A stretch of DNA of 64,000 bases from a virus: positions 32,001 to 96,000 of IMG/VR virus record IMGVR_UViG_3300050821_018050. One strand, written 5' to 3'. Position 1 is the stretch's first letter; every line of letters begins with the position of its first letter. The notes below the pieces were generated by a model. That model was not told where the DNA came from, made no database searches, and saw nothing but the letters and a program-made list of their open reading frames with translations. Positions 18,038 to 27,519 of this stretch are shown here, piece by piece. Both the position numbers and the translations under genes were made by a program.

Positions 18038-20611
18038 ATGGCATTTAGTTCATTACTTATTACAAAAGAAACACCAGATCGTTCTAATGAACTTTTGAAA
18101 AATGAAACGGATTCAGGCACCTTCTTTAGAAGTGTTACTACTTATTCTGATCCGAGTACCACTTACGCCAAAAACGTTAGTGCTGGATACGTAAAAATCG
18201 TAGAATCTGATTTAGATTTTATTACTGCGACTGGACTTACCCCATTAACTACATGGGCATGGCAATTAGACAGTTCAAGTCAAACATTTAATGGATCAGA
18301 CAATAAAATTACTTTAGTTTATAAAATTGCATTAAACGGTGGACATTTTATTTATCGCACCATAACGGAATATCGCGATACCAGCAGTAATTTGATCAAA
18401 AACGCCGATGAATCAATTAAAAGTTCATATCCATCTGGCGGAGGTGGCGGCGCAGTTGCGTCTGTTTTCGGTCGCACAGGTGCAGTATCCGCTCAAACAG
18501 GAGACTATACAGCTACACAAATAGGTCTCGGCAATGTAAATAACACTTCAGACGTTAATAAGCCCGTTAGCACGGCCCAAGCGGCAGCAGACGCCGCAGT
18601 ACAAGCGTATGCGATACAACGTGCAAATCAAACAGGTACACAAACCTCTTCTACCATTTCAGATTTTACTCCAGCAGCGTTGGCTGCCGCAGAAACTGCT
18701 TTAGGAACTGCAAACGGTTTTGCATCTTTGGATGGATCTGGCAAGTTAACCTCTTCTCAAATTCCTGCGTCGGTTATAGGTGCTTTGAGTTACAAAGGCA
18801 CATTAGACGCTTCAGTCGGATCGTATCCAGCATCCCCAGCAAAAGGTGATTATTATGTAATTAATGTGGCTGGTACAATCGTTGGACACGTGTATAATAT
18901 TGGCGATTGGGCAGCTTATGATGGGACTCAGTGGGATTACATTGACAATACCCAAAATGTAGTCTCGGTTGCCGGTAAGACAGGAATTGTTACTTTAGCT
19001 CCATCTGATGTATCTTTAGGTAATGTAAATAATACTTCAGATGTTAATAAACCGGTTAGTACCGCACAAGCTGCAGCAGATGCTGCGGTTGAAGCATTTT
19101 CTATTCAACGTGCTAATCATACAGGATCGCAAACTGCTTCTACGATTTCCGATTTTAGTACAGCTGTAGCATCTACCGCAGCACTTAAAGCTAATAATCT
19201 TTCTGATCTAGCTAGCGCATCTACAGCTAGGACTAATTTAGGCTTAGGCACAGCCGCTACTCAACCAACCTCTGCCTTTGATGCTTCTGGAGCTGCTGCA
19301 GCAGCACAAGCTGCAAGCGATCCTTCTGGTAGCGCAGCAGCCGTATTAGCCTCTTCTTTACAGAAATCTTCTAATTTATCTGATTTGGCCAGCGCTTCTA
19401 CAGCTAGGACTAATTTAGGGTTAGCCGCTGTAGCTGCGACAGGAGCATATTCAAGTTTATCAGGAACTCCTTCTGCATTACCGCCAAACGGAGCAGCCGG
19501 TGGATCTTTAGCAGGAACTTATCCTAATCCATCTATTGCTGCGACTGCAGTCACCGCAGGTACATATGCAGCTGCAACCATTACTGTAGGTGCAGATGGT
19601 CGTATTACCGCAGCATCTGCCAGTGGAGCTTCTACACTGCCCACTTATCAAGCTAGCTTTAATAGCGAGTATAATGTTTTAACGAGTTATGCCGGTGGAT
19701 CGAGCGACGGATCTCTAGCAAAACCATACACCACCGTTCAAGCAGCAATTAATGCTGCGATCACTAATGGCGGTGTGAATAATGTTGTTTTGATGCACGA
19801 CTCTTCGACTGAAAATCTTACAATCAATAATTCTACGGCTGGCCTTTTAATTACAGCAGCCGTCTCGAATACTGTGGATAGTCAGCGAATTGCTTTAAAT
19901 GGTAATATTACCATTAGCGGAACCAGTACGCGAGTAAAAATCAAAGACATTAATGTGTTATTCCCAGGCGGAACCTCCCCGGATCTAATTGATACTTCGA
20001 CTGGCGGTAGACATTATTATGCTAATGTAGGATTCCAAGGCGGCGGAGGTATTCAATTTAGCGGTTCATGGGCGAGATGGCATGAGTTTACGGATTGCAC
20101 CATTTCAGGTGCAATTAGTATTGCAGGAACTCCGGCAGCTAATTCTTCTATTAGTTGCTGGCGTGTGCGAGGTGGTGGAAACTATACTGTAAATGCCACG
20201 AATGCAACATTAAATTTATATGACAGTTTTTCAGTCGGAAATATTACGCAAACAGCGGGTGTTTTAATTATGGACGGAGGTCGTAACTTTGTTGCGGGAT
20301 CTTCCATTACTTCTACTACCAATGGGGCTGGCGATTTAATGGGCATCAGTAATGTTAATTTTGAAACAGGTGCAGGAACATATTACATCATCAATAAAAC
20401 CGGTACTTCTCCATATATTCTATCTAACGTTCTTCGTAATCAAACTAGTGATACTTTAACTGGAACGAGAGTAAATTACGGATCTTCGGCTACTGATTTC
20501 AGATATGTTCCTGCTAACTCTGGTAATTGGTCAGGTACTGCCCCAGCAAATATTGCTAGCGCTATTGATCGTATTGCTGCAGTTGTAGGTAATCCTACCC
20601 CTATTCCTTAA
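18038..20611 (+). CDS. Tail fibre/spike-like virion protein
   Basis: SVxGxTG, LGNVNNTSDVNKPVSTAQ x2, NLSDLASASTARTNLGL x2, ITVGADGRIT; DGS..KPYTTVQAAI preceding a likely beta-helix. Confidence 0.8.
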   Translation: MAFSSLLITKETPDRSNELLKNETDSGTFFRSVTTYSDPSTTYAKNVSAGYVKIVESDLDFITATGLTPLTTWAWQLDSSSQTFNGSDNKITLVYKIALNGGHFIYRTITEYRDTSSNLIKNADESIKSSYPSGGGGGAVASVFGRTGAVSAQTGDYTATQIGLGNVNNTSDVNKPVSTAQAAADAAVQAYAIQRANQTGTQTSSTISDFTPAALAAAETALGTANGFASLDGSGKLTSSQIPASVIGALSYKGTLDASVGSYPASPAKGDYYVINVAGTIVGHVYNIGDWAAYDGTQWDYIDNTQNVVSVAGKTGIVTLAPSDVSLGNVNNTSDVNKPVSTAQAAADAAVEAFSIQRANHTGSQTASTISDFSTAVASTAALKANNLSDLASASTARTNLGLGTAATQPTSAFDASGAAAAAQAASDPSGSAAAVLASSLQKSSNLSDLASASTARTNLGLAAVAATGAYSSLSGTPSALPPNGAAGGSLAGTYPNPSIAATAVTAGTYAAATITVGADGRITAASASGASTLPTYQASFNSEYNVLTSYAGGSSDGSLAKPYTTVQAAINAAITNGGVNNVVLMHDSSTENLTINNSTAGLLITAAVSNTVDSQRIALNGNITISGTSTRVKIKDINVLFPGGTSPDLIDTSTGGRHYYANVGFQGGGGIQFSGSWARWHEFTDCTISGAISIAGTPAANSSISCWRVRGGGNYTVNATNATLNLYDSFSVGNITQTAGVLIMDGGRNFVAGSSITSTTNGAGDLMGISNVNFETGAGTYYIINKTGTSPYILSNVLRNQTSDTLTGTRVNYGSSATDFRYVPANSGNWSGTAPANIASAIDRIAAVVGNPTPIP
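18529..19422 (+). repeat. Degenerate intragenic repeats in fibre gene (~18529-18670 vs ~19019-19160; ~19195-19245 vs ~19372-19422)
   Basis: Near-identical peptides with synonymous DNA divergence. Confidence 0.8.
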
Positions 20612-20818
20612 TTAACCCTTACGGGCTTTAAATAAGGAATTTACAATCGCTTCCCAGCTTACGAACCATTCTTTAGATGGGACGCTTTTTTTAGAAAGCA
20701 GAATCTCATCTTCAAATTGGAAACGAACGCCTTCTTGTGTAGGGACTGCACCTAAGATCTTAATATCTTTTTTTGCTTGTGGTTTTTTTGCGGCTAGAAG
20801 TGGTTTCGATTTTTGCAT
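20612..20818 (-). CDS. Hypothetical protein
   Basis: 68 aa, end of antisense operon. Confidence 0.55.
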   Translation of the reverse strand: MQKSKPLLAAKKPQAKKDIKILGAVPTQEGVRFQFEDEILLSKKSVPSKEWFVSWEAIVNSLFKARKG

Positions 20819-21215
20819 TGAGTGACTCCAATTGTTTTTGGGCTCGTAAAAAAGCCTGTTGTGTTTTGAACAGTTTAGTTAAAACGATAGATGGAATTTC
20901 GTCAACGTCGTTATGAAAAGAAATCGTTCCTTCAGAATCAATGGTCCCATAAATTGGGCCAATATCGAAATCTAATGAATCAATAGACAAAGGTTGCCCA
21001 TCGATAAACTCTTTTCCAAATTGATATGACTTTTTATCTTCTCTAATGTTAAATGTGCCATCTCGGAAAACGTGATTTACAGTAACTTTTTTGCCAGCAA
21101 AACGATCCATATCATCAATAAAATTTGGACCAACATCTCGCGCAAAACGTAATACAGACAATGGTTTCAACTTTACGGTCAGACCTTCTTTTAATACTAA
21201 TTTCTTAACTGCCAT
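20760..21215 (-). CDS. Hypothetical protein
   Basis: ORF 20760..21239; AGGAG SD favours MAVKK start at 21215. Confidence 0.65.
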   Translation of the reverse strand: MAVKKLVLKEGLTVKLKPLSVLRFARDVGPNFIDDMDRFAGKKVTVNHVFRDGTFNIREDKKSYQFGKEFIDGQPLSIDSLDFDIGPIYGTIDSEGTISFHNDVDEIPSIVLTKLFKTQQAFLRAQKQLESLNAKIETTSSRKKTTSKKRY

Positions 21216-21225
21216 TTGATTTCTC

Positions 21226-22056
21226 CTAGTGATGAGCAATTGCGAATAATCGCGTAGGTTGCTCGGGGTTTAAATAATACAATTTATATACATCAATCAT
21301 TCCATTTGGATAAGTCTTCATCAAACGCCATACCCAAATTTTATACATTAGTGCCCAAAACCAGTTTCTCTTTTTCAGCGGAAACCATATTACGTAAGCG
21401 AGCGTGCGAGCATCTGTATTAGATGGGTCCGCAAACATCCCGATCATCTGCCCGACAAGGAGACCCACCCACCGAAGTGGAGTAGTAAGCCCTCCGGCAG
21501 CGAAATCCTTAAGGGCCAATAACCCAGGACTTCGACCAAACCAGCTATAAAAGCAAAATTTAGTCGGATCGCTTACGTTAAAACAGAATCTTGCTTTGCC
21601 TAAACCGATAATCCTTGCAAGTAGAAGAGTTTGTTGAGACTCTGTTACTTGTCCTGCATCTGGATATGAGGTATCGGCTTCAGTAAGATTAGATTTGGAA
21701 TTAAAAGAATTCATACCTTCGGCGAAAAGATCTTCCACGCCTAAGTTTAAATCTTTAATAATCATTTCGAATGCAAGACGAGCTGTTGTGTTATCCATTG
21801 AATCATATTCAGTGGATCCCGGTGAACGTCGTTGCAATCCTGGCTGAACTGTAAGGATTTTGAAAATGTCAACCAATGCCTTAGCCCGAGCTTTTGCATC
21901 TTCTAAAAATGCAGCCTGAGATAATCCATTGATAAGATGCTCGACAGAATATAGCACACCATCTTGAGACTGTTGACCGGGTTGAAGGGTCGTTAATCCA
22001 GTCTCATCAGTAAATGCCATAGATTGAGCATCAAACGGGGTTCTTTGGTCGCCCAT
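21226..22056 (-). CDS. Hypothetical protein (276 aa)
   Basis: Long ORF within coupled operon; no family recognised. Confidence 0.75.
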   Translation of the reverse strand: MGDQRTPFDAQSMAFTDETGLTTLQPGQQSQDGVLYSVEHLINGLSQAAFLEDAKARAKALVDIFKILTVQPGLQRRSPGSTEYDSMDNTTARLAFEMIIKDLNLGVEDLFAEGMNSFNSKSNLTEADTSYPDAGQVTESQQTLLLARIIGLGKARFCFNVSDPTKFCFYSWFGRSPGLLALKDFAAGGLTTPLRWVGLLVGQMIGMFADPSNTDARTLAYVIWFPLKKRNWFWALMYKIWVWRLMKTYPNGMIDVYKLYYLNPEQPTRLFAIAHH

Positions 22057-22228
22057 TGGCTTTCCTTTCAGATCTTTTAATGCGAAATTGTTCTAACTCA
22101 ATATCACTTCTGGCCGCTTGGGAAAGGAATAAATCTCTTAATTTACCACTCGATAGAGCAGCTTCTTTTAGACTAATTCTAATCAAAACCTTACGATGAC
22201 GAATTTCTTGAGATAGGAGTCGCATCAA
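22031..22228 (-). CDS. Hypothetical protein
   Basis: 65 aa, SD AAGGA. Confidence 0.55.
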   Translation of the reverse strand: MMRLLSQEIRHRKVLIRISLKEAALSSGKLRDLFLSQAARSDIELEQFRIKRSERKANGRPKNPV

Positions 22229-22231
22229 TGA

Positions 22232-22573
22232 TTATCCTTCGGTAGGTTTTTCGTTTTGAGCTTTAGTGAGTAATGCTTTTTGACGAGCTAGCATTACTGC
22301 AGCGTCAGCATTAGGATTTTTGGTTGCAGCACTAGAAAGAACGTCATCTTCGCCGTAGCCTGCGATTGCGATTAACATCGTATGGGGTGTAGCTTCGTCG
22401 AGCGCAGCACAGAAAGTTTGCGCAGCTTCTTGAGCATCGCGAATTTCTACTTTATTCCCACGGTCTTCGTAATTTTTACGAGCAGCCGCAGATAACACGG
22501 TTACATCCATATCTTCAGTTTTTGAGGTGCCATCGTCTTGTTTAGTGGTCATGCTTACTTTTTTAATTTCCAT
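22232..22573 (-). CDS. Hypothetical protein
   Basis: 113 aa, SD GGAG. Confidence 0.7.
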   Translation of the reverse strand: MEIKKVSMTTKQDDGTSKTEDMDVTVLSAAARKNYEDRGNKVEIRDAQEAAQTFCAALDEATPHTMLIAIAGYGEDDVLSSAATKNPNADAAVMLARQKALLTKAQNEKPTEG

Positions 22574-22743
22574 TGTACTTCTACTCCGTTTTTGTTTAAG
22601 TATGATTCGAGCCCAGCGAGGATACAGAAAGTCTGTATACTTTTCTCGTTGTTGCAGTCAAATCTACCTTGTTGCATAAAGGCAGTGTGGGCAAATGTTT
22701 TGATCTCTTGAATTGCCTTATCATCGATCTCAACTTTATCCAT
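22555..22743 (-). CDS. Hypothetical protein
   Basis: 62 aa, SD AAGGAG directly after the tRNA-like CCA. Confidence 0.7.
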   Translation of the reverse strand: MDKVEIDDKAIQEIKTFAHTAFMQQGRFDCNNEKSIQTFCILAGLESYLNKNGVEVQWKLKK

Positions 22744-22759
22744 GCTGCTCCTTAAATTC

Positions 22760-22854
22760 TGGTGTCAAAGTGTGGATTGGAACCACATTACCGAGTTTAT
22801 CTCGGACTAAGAATTAGCAAAACCCTCGCAGAGTTCACACCTCTGTGCTTTGAC
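22760..22854 (-). tRNA. Atypical tRNA or tRNA-like RNA with long variable arm; anticodon ambiguous (GCT Ser or TGC Ala)
   Basis: Acceptor GTCAAAG/CTTTGAC-A-CCA; D stem CAGAG/CTCTG; anticodon arm GAGGG-TTTTGCTAA-TTCTT; variable arm CCGAG/CTCGG; T arm TGTGG-TTCCAAT-CCACA. Confidence 0.75.
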
Positions 22855-22860
22855 ATAACC

Positions 22861-22889
22861 AGGATAACACGACTCATCTAATCTGTCAA
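22861..22889 (-). promoter_or_regulatory. sigma70 promoter TTGACA-17-TATCCT
   Basis: -35 at 22884-22889, -10 at 22861-22866; predicted +1 at or next to tRNA G1. Confidence 0.75.
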
Positions 22890-22963
22890 ACATATTTTTT
22901 ATCTAAAATACCCAAAATATATCATGTGAAATATCAATAGGTTAACTCAAGGGTAACTAAATA

Positions 22964-22971
22964 CCTAATAT
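22964..22971 (+). promoter_or_regulatory. Putative late promoter CCTAATAT
   Basis: Upstream of 23001. Confidence 0.65.
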
Positions 22972-23000
22972 CTTAGTATAATTATTTTTAAGGGGATGGC

Positions 23001-23450
23001 TTGGATCACAAATCGGGTAATACAAAAAATAACGGCGCTGCGCCTCAACCCGACATGAGCGGTATTGAGAAAGATGTCTTACATATTCGCGAATTGATGG
23101 ATGTCAAGTTCGAAGCCAATAGAGCCACATTAGAAAAGAATACAGCGGACATTTCTCAGATGAGTTTAATTTTAGGGGAAAACGTTCGCCAACTCGGGAT
23201 CCATATTCAAGGAGTAAAAGAGCTTAAAGAAATGAATGGATTGATGCGAGAAGAAATCAGTTTATTTAGAAATCAGGTTGCAGCAGAAGTAAACGAAATA
23301 AACTCAAGAATGACTAAAGTAGAAGTTCCGTTCGTTTGGTTTAGAACAACAGCTTCTTTTGCAGAAAAAACTCTCTCAATAGTTAAAATCATCATCCTTA
23401 TAGCAATAGGTTTTGGTGCAGACAAAATACTCTCTAAGTTTTTGGAGTAG
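23001..23450 (+). CDS. Coiled-coil protein with C-terminal TM helix (possible lysis protein)
   Basis: 149 aa; IVKIIILIAIGFG hydrophobic segment; SD AAGGGG. Confidence 0.55.
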   Translation: MDHKSGNTKNNGAAPQPDMSGIEKDVLHIRELMDVKFEANRATLEKNTADISQMSLILGENVRQLGIHIQGVKELKEMNGLMREEISLFRNQVAAEVNEINSRMTKVEVPFVWFRTTASFAEKTLSIVKIIILIAIGFGADKILSKFLE

Positions 23451-23453
23451 CAA

Positions 23454-23831
23454 ATGTTAGAAAAATTAAATAAAATTTATAAATACCTTACCGAAAAAGG
23501 TATTCCGATGCCATTGGGCTATGATCCGGTATCTAAAAAACCATCTATTACGATCACCTTTGCCCATTTTACTTTTACTATTGCTGTTTTTGCTGTTTTC
23601 AGATATTTAAACAACATGTGTAATATTATGCAAGTTTTGGTTTGCATCATGTTTTGGTCAATGTCTACTGTATTTTATCTTATTCGTCAGATAAATAAAG
23701 CTAAATTCAATTTACAGCAACAAAGTTTTGAATTTGAGGGCGGGGATGGTAATCAAAATAATAACAAAAGAAGCTATGAGCCTCAGTATGCGCCAATGGC
23801 CTCTATAAAGGCAGACGACCCCGACGCTTAG
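23454..23831 (+). CDS. Two-TM membrane protein, possible holin
   Basis: Two hydrophobic segments and polar C-terminus; late-expressed. Confidence 0.5.
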   Translation: MLEKLNKIYKYLTEKGIPMPLGYDPVSKKPSITITFAHFTFTIAVFAVFRYLNNMCNIMQVLVCIMFWSMSTVFYLIRQINKAKFNLQQQSFEFEGGDGNQNNNKRSYEPQYAPMASIKADDPDA

Positions 23832-24240
23832 GCTTAATCGTAGCTTTTGGAGCTGGACTCGGTTTGTCTCCTGGGAATTCTTTTACTGATTTCAAAGAAG
23901 CTCTTTCAATAACATCGATAAGAAGTACTTGCTGCATTTCTCTTAATCGAAATTCATTTTCGCTTACATTATAAAGAGCCACATTGATAAAATTGCCCTC
24001 TTTATAGGCTCCCATCATCATGATGCCTTTTTCGAAAAGTTCTTTTGGAGCCCTAAATTGGAAAGTCATACTATTTTCGTCATCTGGGTGCATAAGCTCT
24101 AATTTAAATGGTAAATACAAAGAGGTGAGACCACTTTTAAGGCGCATGTCTGGGAAATCTCCTGAAGTAACTTTTAGTGCGATGGTCCCACCTTCTTGAA
24201 TGGGGGCGTTAACTTGGCTTTTAATAATATATTGTCTCAT
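23803..24240 (-). CDS. Hypothetical protein
   Basis: ORF 23803..24258; leaderless ATG 24240 is 6 nt after TGG-TATTAT (-10 at 24247-24252). Confidence 0.7.
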   Translation of the reverse strand: MRQYIIKSQVNAPIQEGGTIALKVTSGDFPDMRLKSGLTSLYLPFKLELMHPDDENSMTFQFRAPKELFEKGIMMMGAYKEGNFINVALYNVSENEFRLREMQQVLLIDVIERASLKSVKEFPGDKPSPAPKATIKPKRRGRLPL

Positions 24241-24338
24241 GGTCTTATAATACCACAAAAAACATTTTAAGCAACCGCCGATGAGAATCTATGGTAATAT
24301 TCGAGAGTGAGTATAAAGCAAAGGAACAGAGGTAATTA

Positions 24339-24725
24339 ATGGATACAATAAAGACAATCGAACTAGTAACAACCGGCCAAGATACAGGTCACCCATATTC
24401 TGGCAATTTTGAAGTCAAAACCGTTCTTTCAAGACGGGATCGTTTCGCTGCAGATCAAAAACGTAGAGAAGTGCTAGGGCCAGGAGGAGACTCAGCCCTA
24501 CCAACATTACAAGGCGAAGCCTTTATGATTGGTCAATTATGGGTGCGAGTGGTAAAAGCGCCAGATTGGTGGTCTAATGCCAATTGTGGCTTAGATTTAA
24601 AAGACGAGAACGTTACGCCAGAGCTTTTTGAACTTGCTTTAAAAGCAGAGTCTGATGCCGTAAAAGAGCTGCAATCTAAAGCGAAGTCGTCTCTGGAAAA
24701 ACTTAGCGAAAATAAGCTCCCCTAA
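24339..24725 (+). CDS. Putative tail assembly chaperone
   Basis: 128 aa, two genes before tape measure; VVKAPDWW motif; variant GGTAATAT at 24293. Confidence 0.65.
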   Translation: MDTIKTIELVTTGQDTGHPYSGNFEVKTVLSRRDRFAADQKRREVLGPGGDSALPTLQGEAFMIGQLWVRVVKAPDWWSNANCGLDLKDENVTPELFELALKAESDAVKELQSKAKSSLEKLSENKLP

Positions 24726-25240
24726 TGTCCAATATTGACTATTTCCGAGCACTGCAAATCCTCGCATTAAATGCTGTGGAAAATCAGGACGGCGATTCTT
24801 TTTACAGAAAGGTCGCTCGATGGTATTCTCGTGAATTTGCCACTCCTCTTGCTGAAGTTGATTTAATTCCAGAAACTACACTATTTCAAACGTTTTACGA
24901 AGATACATTTGATTCTATGTACCATGGGGATGAAGAGCAAAAGAAACAATATGAAATTTATCGGGCAGATATTATTTCCGGTAAGGCTAATAGTCAAGAT
25001 GAAGAAGATGAAAAGTGGGCACAAGAGGAAATAGCCAAACTAAAGGCCGCTGAAAGACCAAAGAAAGATATTAGTCAAATCATTGATAATACAGCGAAAC
25101 ATGTTAGTGATATGGTAAATAAGGCTAAATTAGACAGACAAAAAGGACCGTCAGTAGACCCTAATATTTCAAAAGAAGGCGAGATAAATCTTGATGGCAT
25201 TCGTCTTCTCGGAGAAGATCCTTCAATTCCATCGAATTAA
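24725..25240 (+). CDS. Putative second tail assembly chaperone
   Basis: 171 aa directly before tape measure; TAATG overlap. Confidence 0.55.
   Translation: MSNIDYFRALQILALNAVENQDGDSFYRKVARWYSREFATPLAEVDLIPETTLFQTFYEDTFDSMYHGDEEQKKQYEIYRADIISGKANSQDEEDEKWAQEEIAKLKAAERPKKDISQIIDNTAKHVSDMVNKAKLDRQKGPSVDPNISKEGEINLDGIRLLGEDPSIPSN
25160..25167 (+). promoter_or_regulatory. Putative late promoter CCTAATAT (intragenic, ~90 nt before tape measure)
   Basis: Recurring octamer. Confidence 0.45.
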
Positions 25241-25257
25241 GATAAGTATTTGTAATC

Positions 25258-27519
25258 ATGGCAAAAATTGAGTTTAGTGCAAATTTCCGCGATGCCGAGC
25301 TAGTTGCTTCTGCAATTAAAAACCTTCAAAAGGAATTGATTGCACTCGGTAATGTTGGAGCTGGAGCTGGTAAGCAAGTTAATACTGCTTTTAAATCACT
25401 TGGCGAATCCATTGCCAAAATCCAAGAAATATCTCGCGGTGCCGGATCTATCAAGGAATTGACTAATCAGGTAGACCAATTAGCTAAAATGGGAACAAGC
25501 GTACAAGCTTTTGCCAGATCGTTCGATTCAATTGGTAAATCTATTAATTCTGCCATCGGCGATGCTCAAGTAGGAGCATTCAAGAATTTAAAAAATGCTA
25601 TCGTTGATATTAAAAAAGAGATGGATGGCTACAAAGATAAGATCCAAGAGATTAACTATAATCTTCCAATCATTGAAGCTCGTCATGGTAGAGATTCTGC
25701 CGAATACAAAGCCGCACAAGCAGATCGTAAAGGAACTGCCGTAGCCTATTCAGAACTAGATCGACAAAAAAAACAAGCTGAATGGTCTGAAACGATGAAC
25801 CGTCCATTGGGTAGCCCTGAATCATTTTTCGGAAGAATGACCCCCAATAAAATTTTAGACTCTGCAAAAAATGTAGCAGCTGGATTGTATGTAGGCGGAG
25901 AAACATCTTTTGAATTAGGCACTATGTCGATGCGTTCGAGCATTCAACAAAGACGATTAAGAATGCAAGTTGGAGATGAAGCTAATGCCGGTGACCCTAC
26001 TTTGGCTATCTTAAGGGCCAACGGCGTCGGATTAGAAAATGGCGCTATGAGCTTTTCTAAAGGCGGCTCGTATGCTAGTGAATACGGAAAAGAAGCCTTA
26101 AAATATGCGGGTATTATAGGAGCAGGGTTACTTAATCCGCTTCTAGGAGTCGCAGCATTTGGCGGAGTAGCCACCAATGGTGGATTCCGTGGAATTGGTG
26201 AAATTAATGCAGCGGCCCAAGGTCGTGTTCGTAATATGGACAAAGACTATTATGAAAAATCATTCGCCCCCGCTTATCAGTCTTACAATGCGAATTTCGC
26301 AGCTTTTGAAGATCAGTACAGAATGTATGGAGATACAGACGTAAATTTAAATACTGCAGGTTTTATGCGTCAAGGAATGAGCCGTGAACGTTTGTCCCCA
26401 GCTCTAAACGCTGTGACTGGATATGGTGGCAGAGCTAACCCAGGAAACGCTTCTGATATTGATATGCTAGATGCGCAACGTAGATATGGCGTCACAGCTC
26501 AAGGGCAGGCACAATTAGCTCGTATGTCGAGATACAATACCTCTACTCCCATAATGGGGAATTATCGTTCGTTCATGAATAGTACTGGAGTAGGCGGAGA
26601 TATTGCCGCTCGTCGTATTGTGAGCGATCAAGCATTTGAAATGGCCGAATCTCTTGGACCAACTAATGCAAATATCGGAGGTAATACTTTATCTGCAGCC
26701 ACTAATGCTGCTGGCGCGACTGGAATGTATAATTCAGCAGCAGGCGGTATTAATGTTGAAGGAGCCCAAGCTGCGGTTACGGCAACCCAAACAGTGTCTG
26801 CTCAGATGAAAAATCCTTCGAATATAATGAATGCCATGTATACTCAGAAGTTAATTACTTTGGGTGTAAGTGATATTCGTACCATTCAAATGATCAATAG
26901 TGAAATGGCTGATGGTGGTGGTATTACTGATCGTGCTGTTAATATTATTGCAGGTATTCGTAAAGCTAAAGGATTACCCGCAATGTCTCCTGCAGATATT
27001 AAATCATCGTTAGGCGGAGTGGGCACAGCAATCAATACTCAGCGTAAAAATTTACTCATGAACTCTGTGGATGCTAAAGTGGCAGCTGAAAATGGATTAA
27101 ACCAAGGTGGTTTTATGATGACCGGAACCACTAAGGGTGCTGCCGGTGGTTTTTTTGATATGGTCCAGGCTGCAACTGGTGGCATGAATGCCGCTGCGCC
27201 TGCTGGCCCAACAGTTGGACCTTACCATCCAGGTGAAGGGGGTGGCGCTAATTATCAAGCAAGAGGAGCTGACGTTGCAGAAGCTGGTAAGGCAAAAACA
27301 GAAGCTCTTAAATTAGAATCTTTCGAAAATTTAAATGATAACATGCAAAAAACCGTACATCAAACCGTTTATTCTGCCATAGCAGATGCACTCATTGATA
27401 GCGGCAATGAAATCAAACAAAAAGTTAAAGAAGCTATTGATGAATCGGCCCCAAAAAGCCCGGTCCAGTCTGGTAAAGTTTTTAATGGAACTGGTAATGG
27501 AATTAACGGTAAAATTTAA
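25258..27519 (+). CDS. Tape measure protein
   Basis: 753 aa Ala/Gly-rich helical protein between chaperones and hub. Confidence 0.7.
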   Translation: MAKIEFSANFRDAELVASAIKNLQKELIALGNVGAGAGKQVNTAFKSLGESIAKIQEISRGAGSIKELTNQVDQLAKMGTSVQAFARSFDSIGKSINSAIGDAQVGAFKNLKNAIVDIKKEMDGYKDKIQEINYNLPIIEARHGRDSAEYKAAQADRKGTAVAYSELDRQKKQAEWSETMNRPLGSPESFFGRMTPNKILDSAKNVAAGLYVGGETSFELGTMSMRSSIQQRRLRMQVGDEANAGDPTLAILRANGVGLENGAMSFSKGGSYASEYGKEALKYAGIIGAGLLNPLLGVAAFGGVATNGGFRGIGEINAAAQGRVRNMDKDYYEKSFAPAYQSYNANFAAFEDQYRMYGDTDVNLNTAGFMRQGMSRERLSPALNAVTGYGGRANPGNASDIDMLDAQRRYGVTAQGQAQLARMSRYNTSTPIMGNYRSFMNSTGVGGDIAARRIVSDQAFEMAESLGPTNANIGGNTLSAATNAAGATGMYNSAAGGINVEGAQAAVTATQTVSAQMKNPSNIMNAMYTQKLITLGVSDIRTIQMINSEMADGGGITDRAVNIIAGIRKAKGLPAMSPADIKSSLGGVGTAINTQRKNLLMNSVDAKVAAENGLNQGGFMMTGTTKGAAGGFFDMVQAATGGMNAAAPAGPTVGPYHPGEGGGANYQARGADVAEAGKAKTEALKLESFENLNDNMQKTVHQTVYSAIADALIDSGNEIKQKVKEAIDESAPKSPVQSGKVFNGTGNGINGKI

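Noticed and set aside
24717-24727. Programmed -1 frameshift between tail chaperones at CTC-CCC-TAA
   Set aside because: No X-XXY-YYZ heptamer, the -1 frame is closed a few codons upstream, and the second gene has its own coupled ATG. P-site slippage is possible but unsupported.
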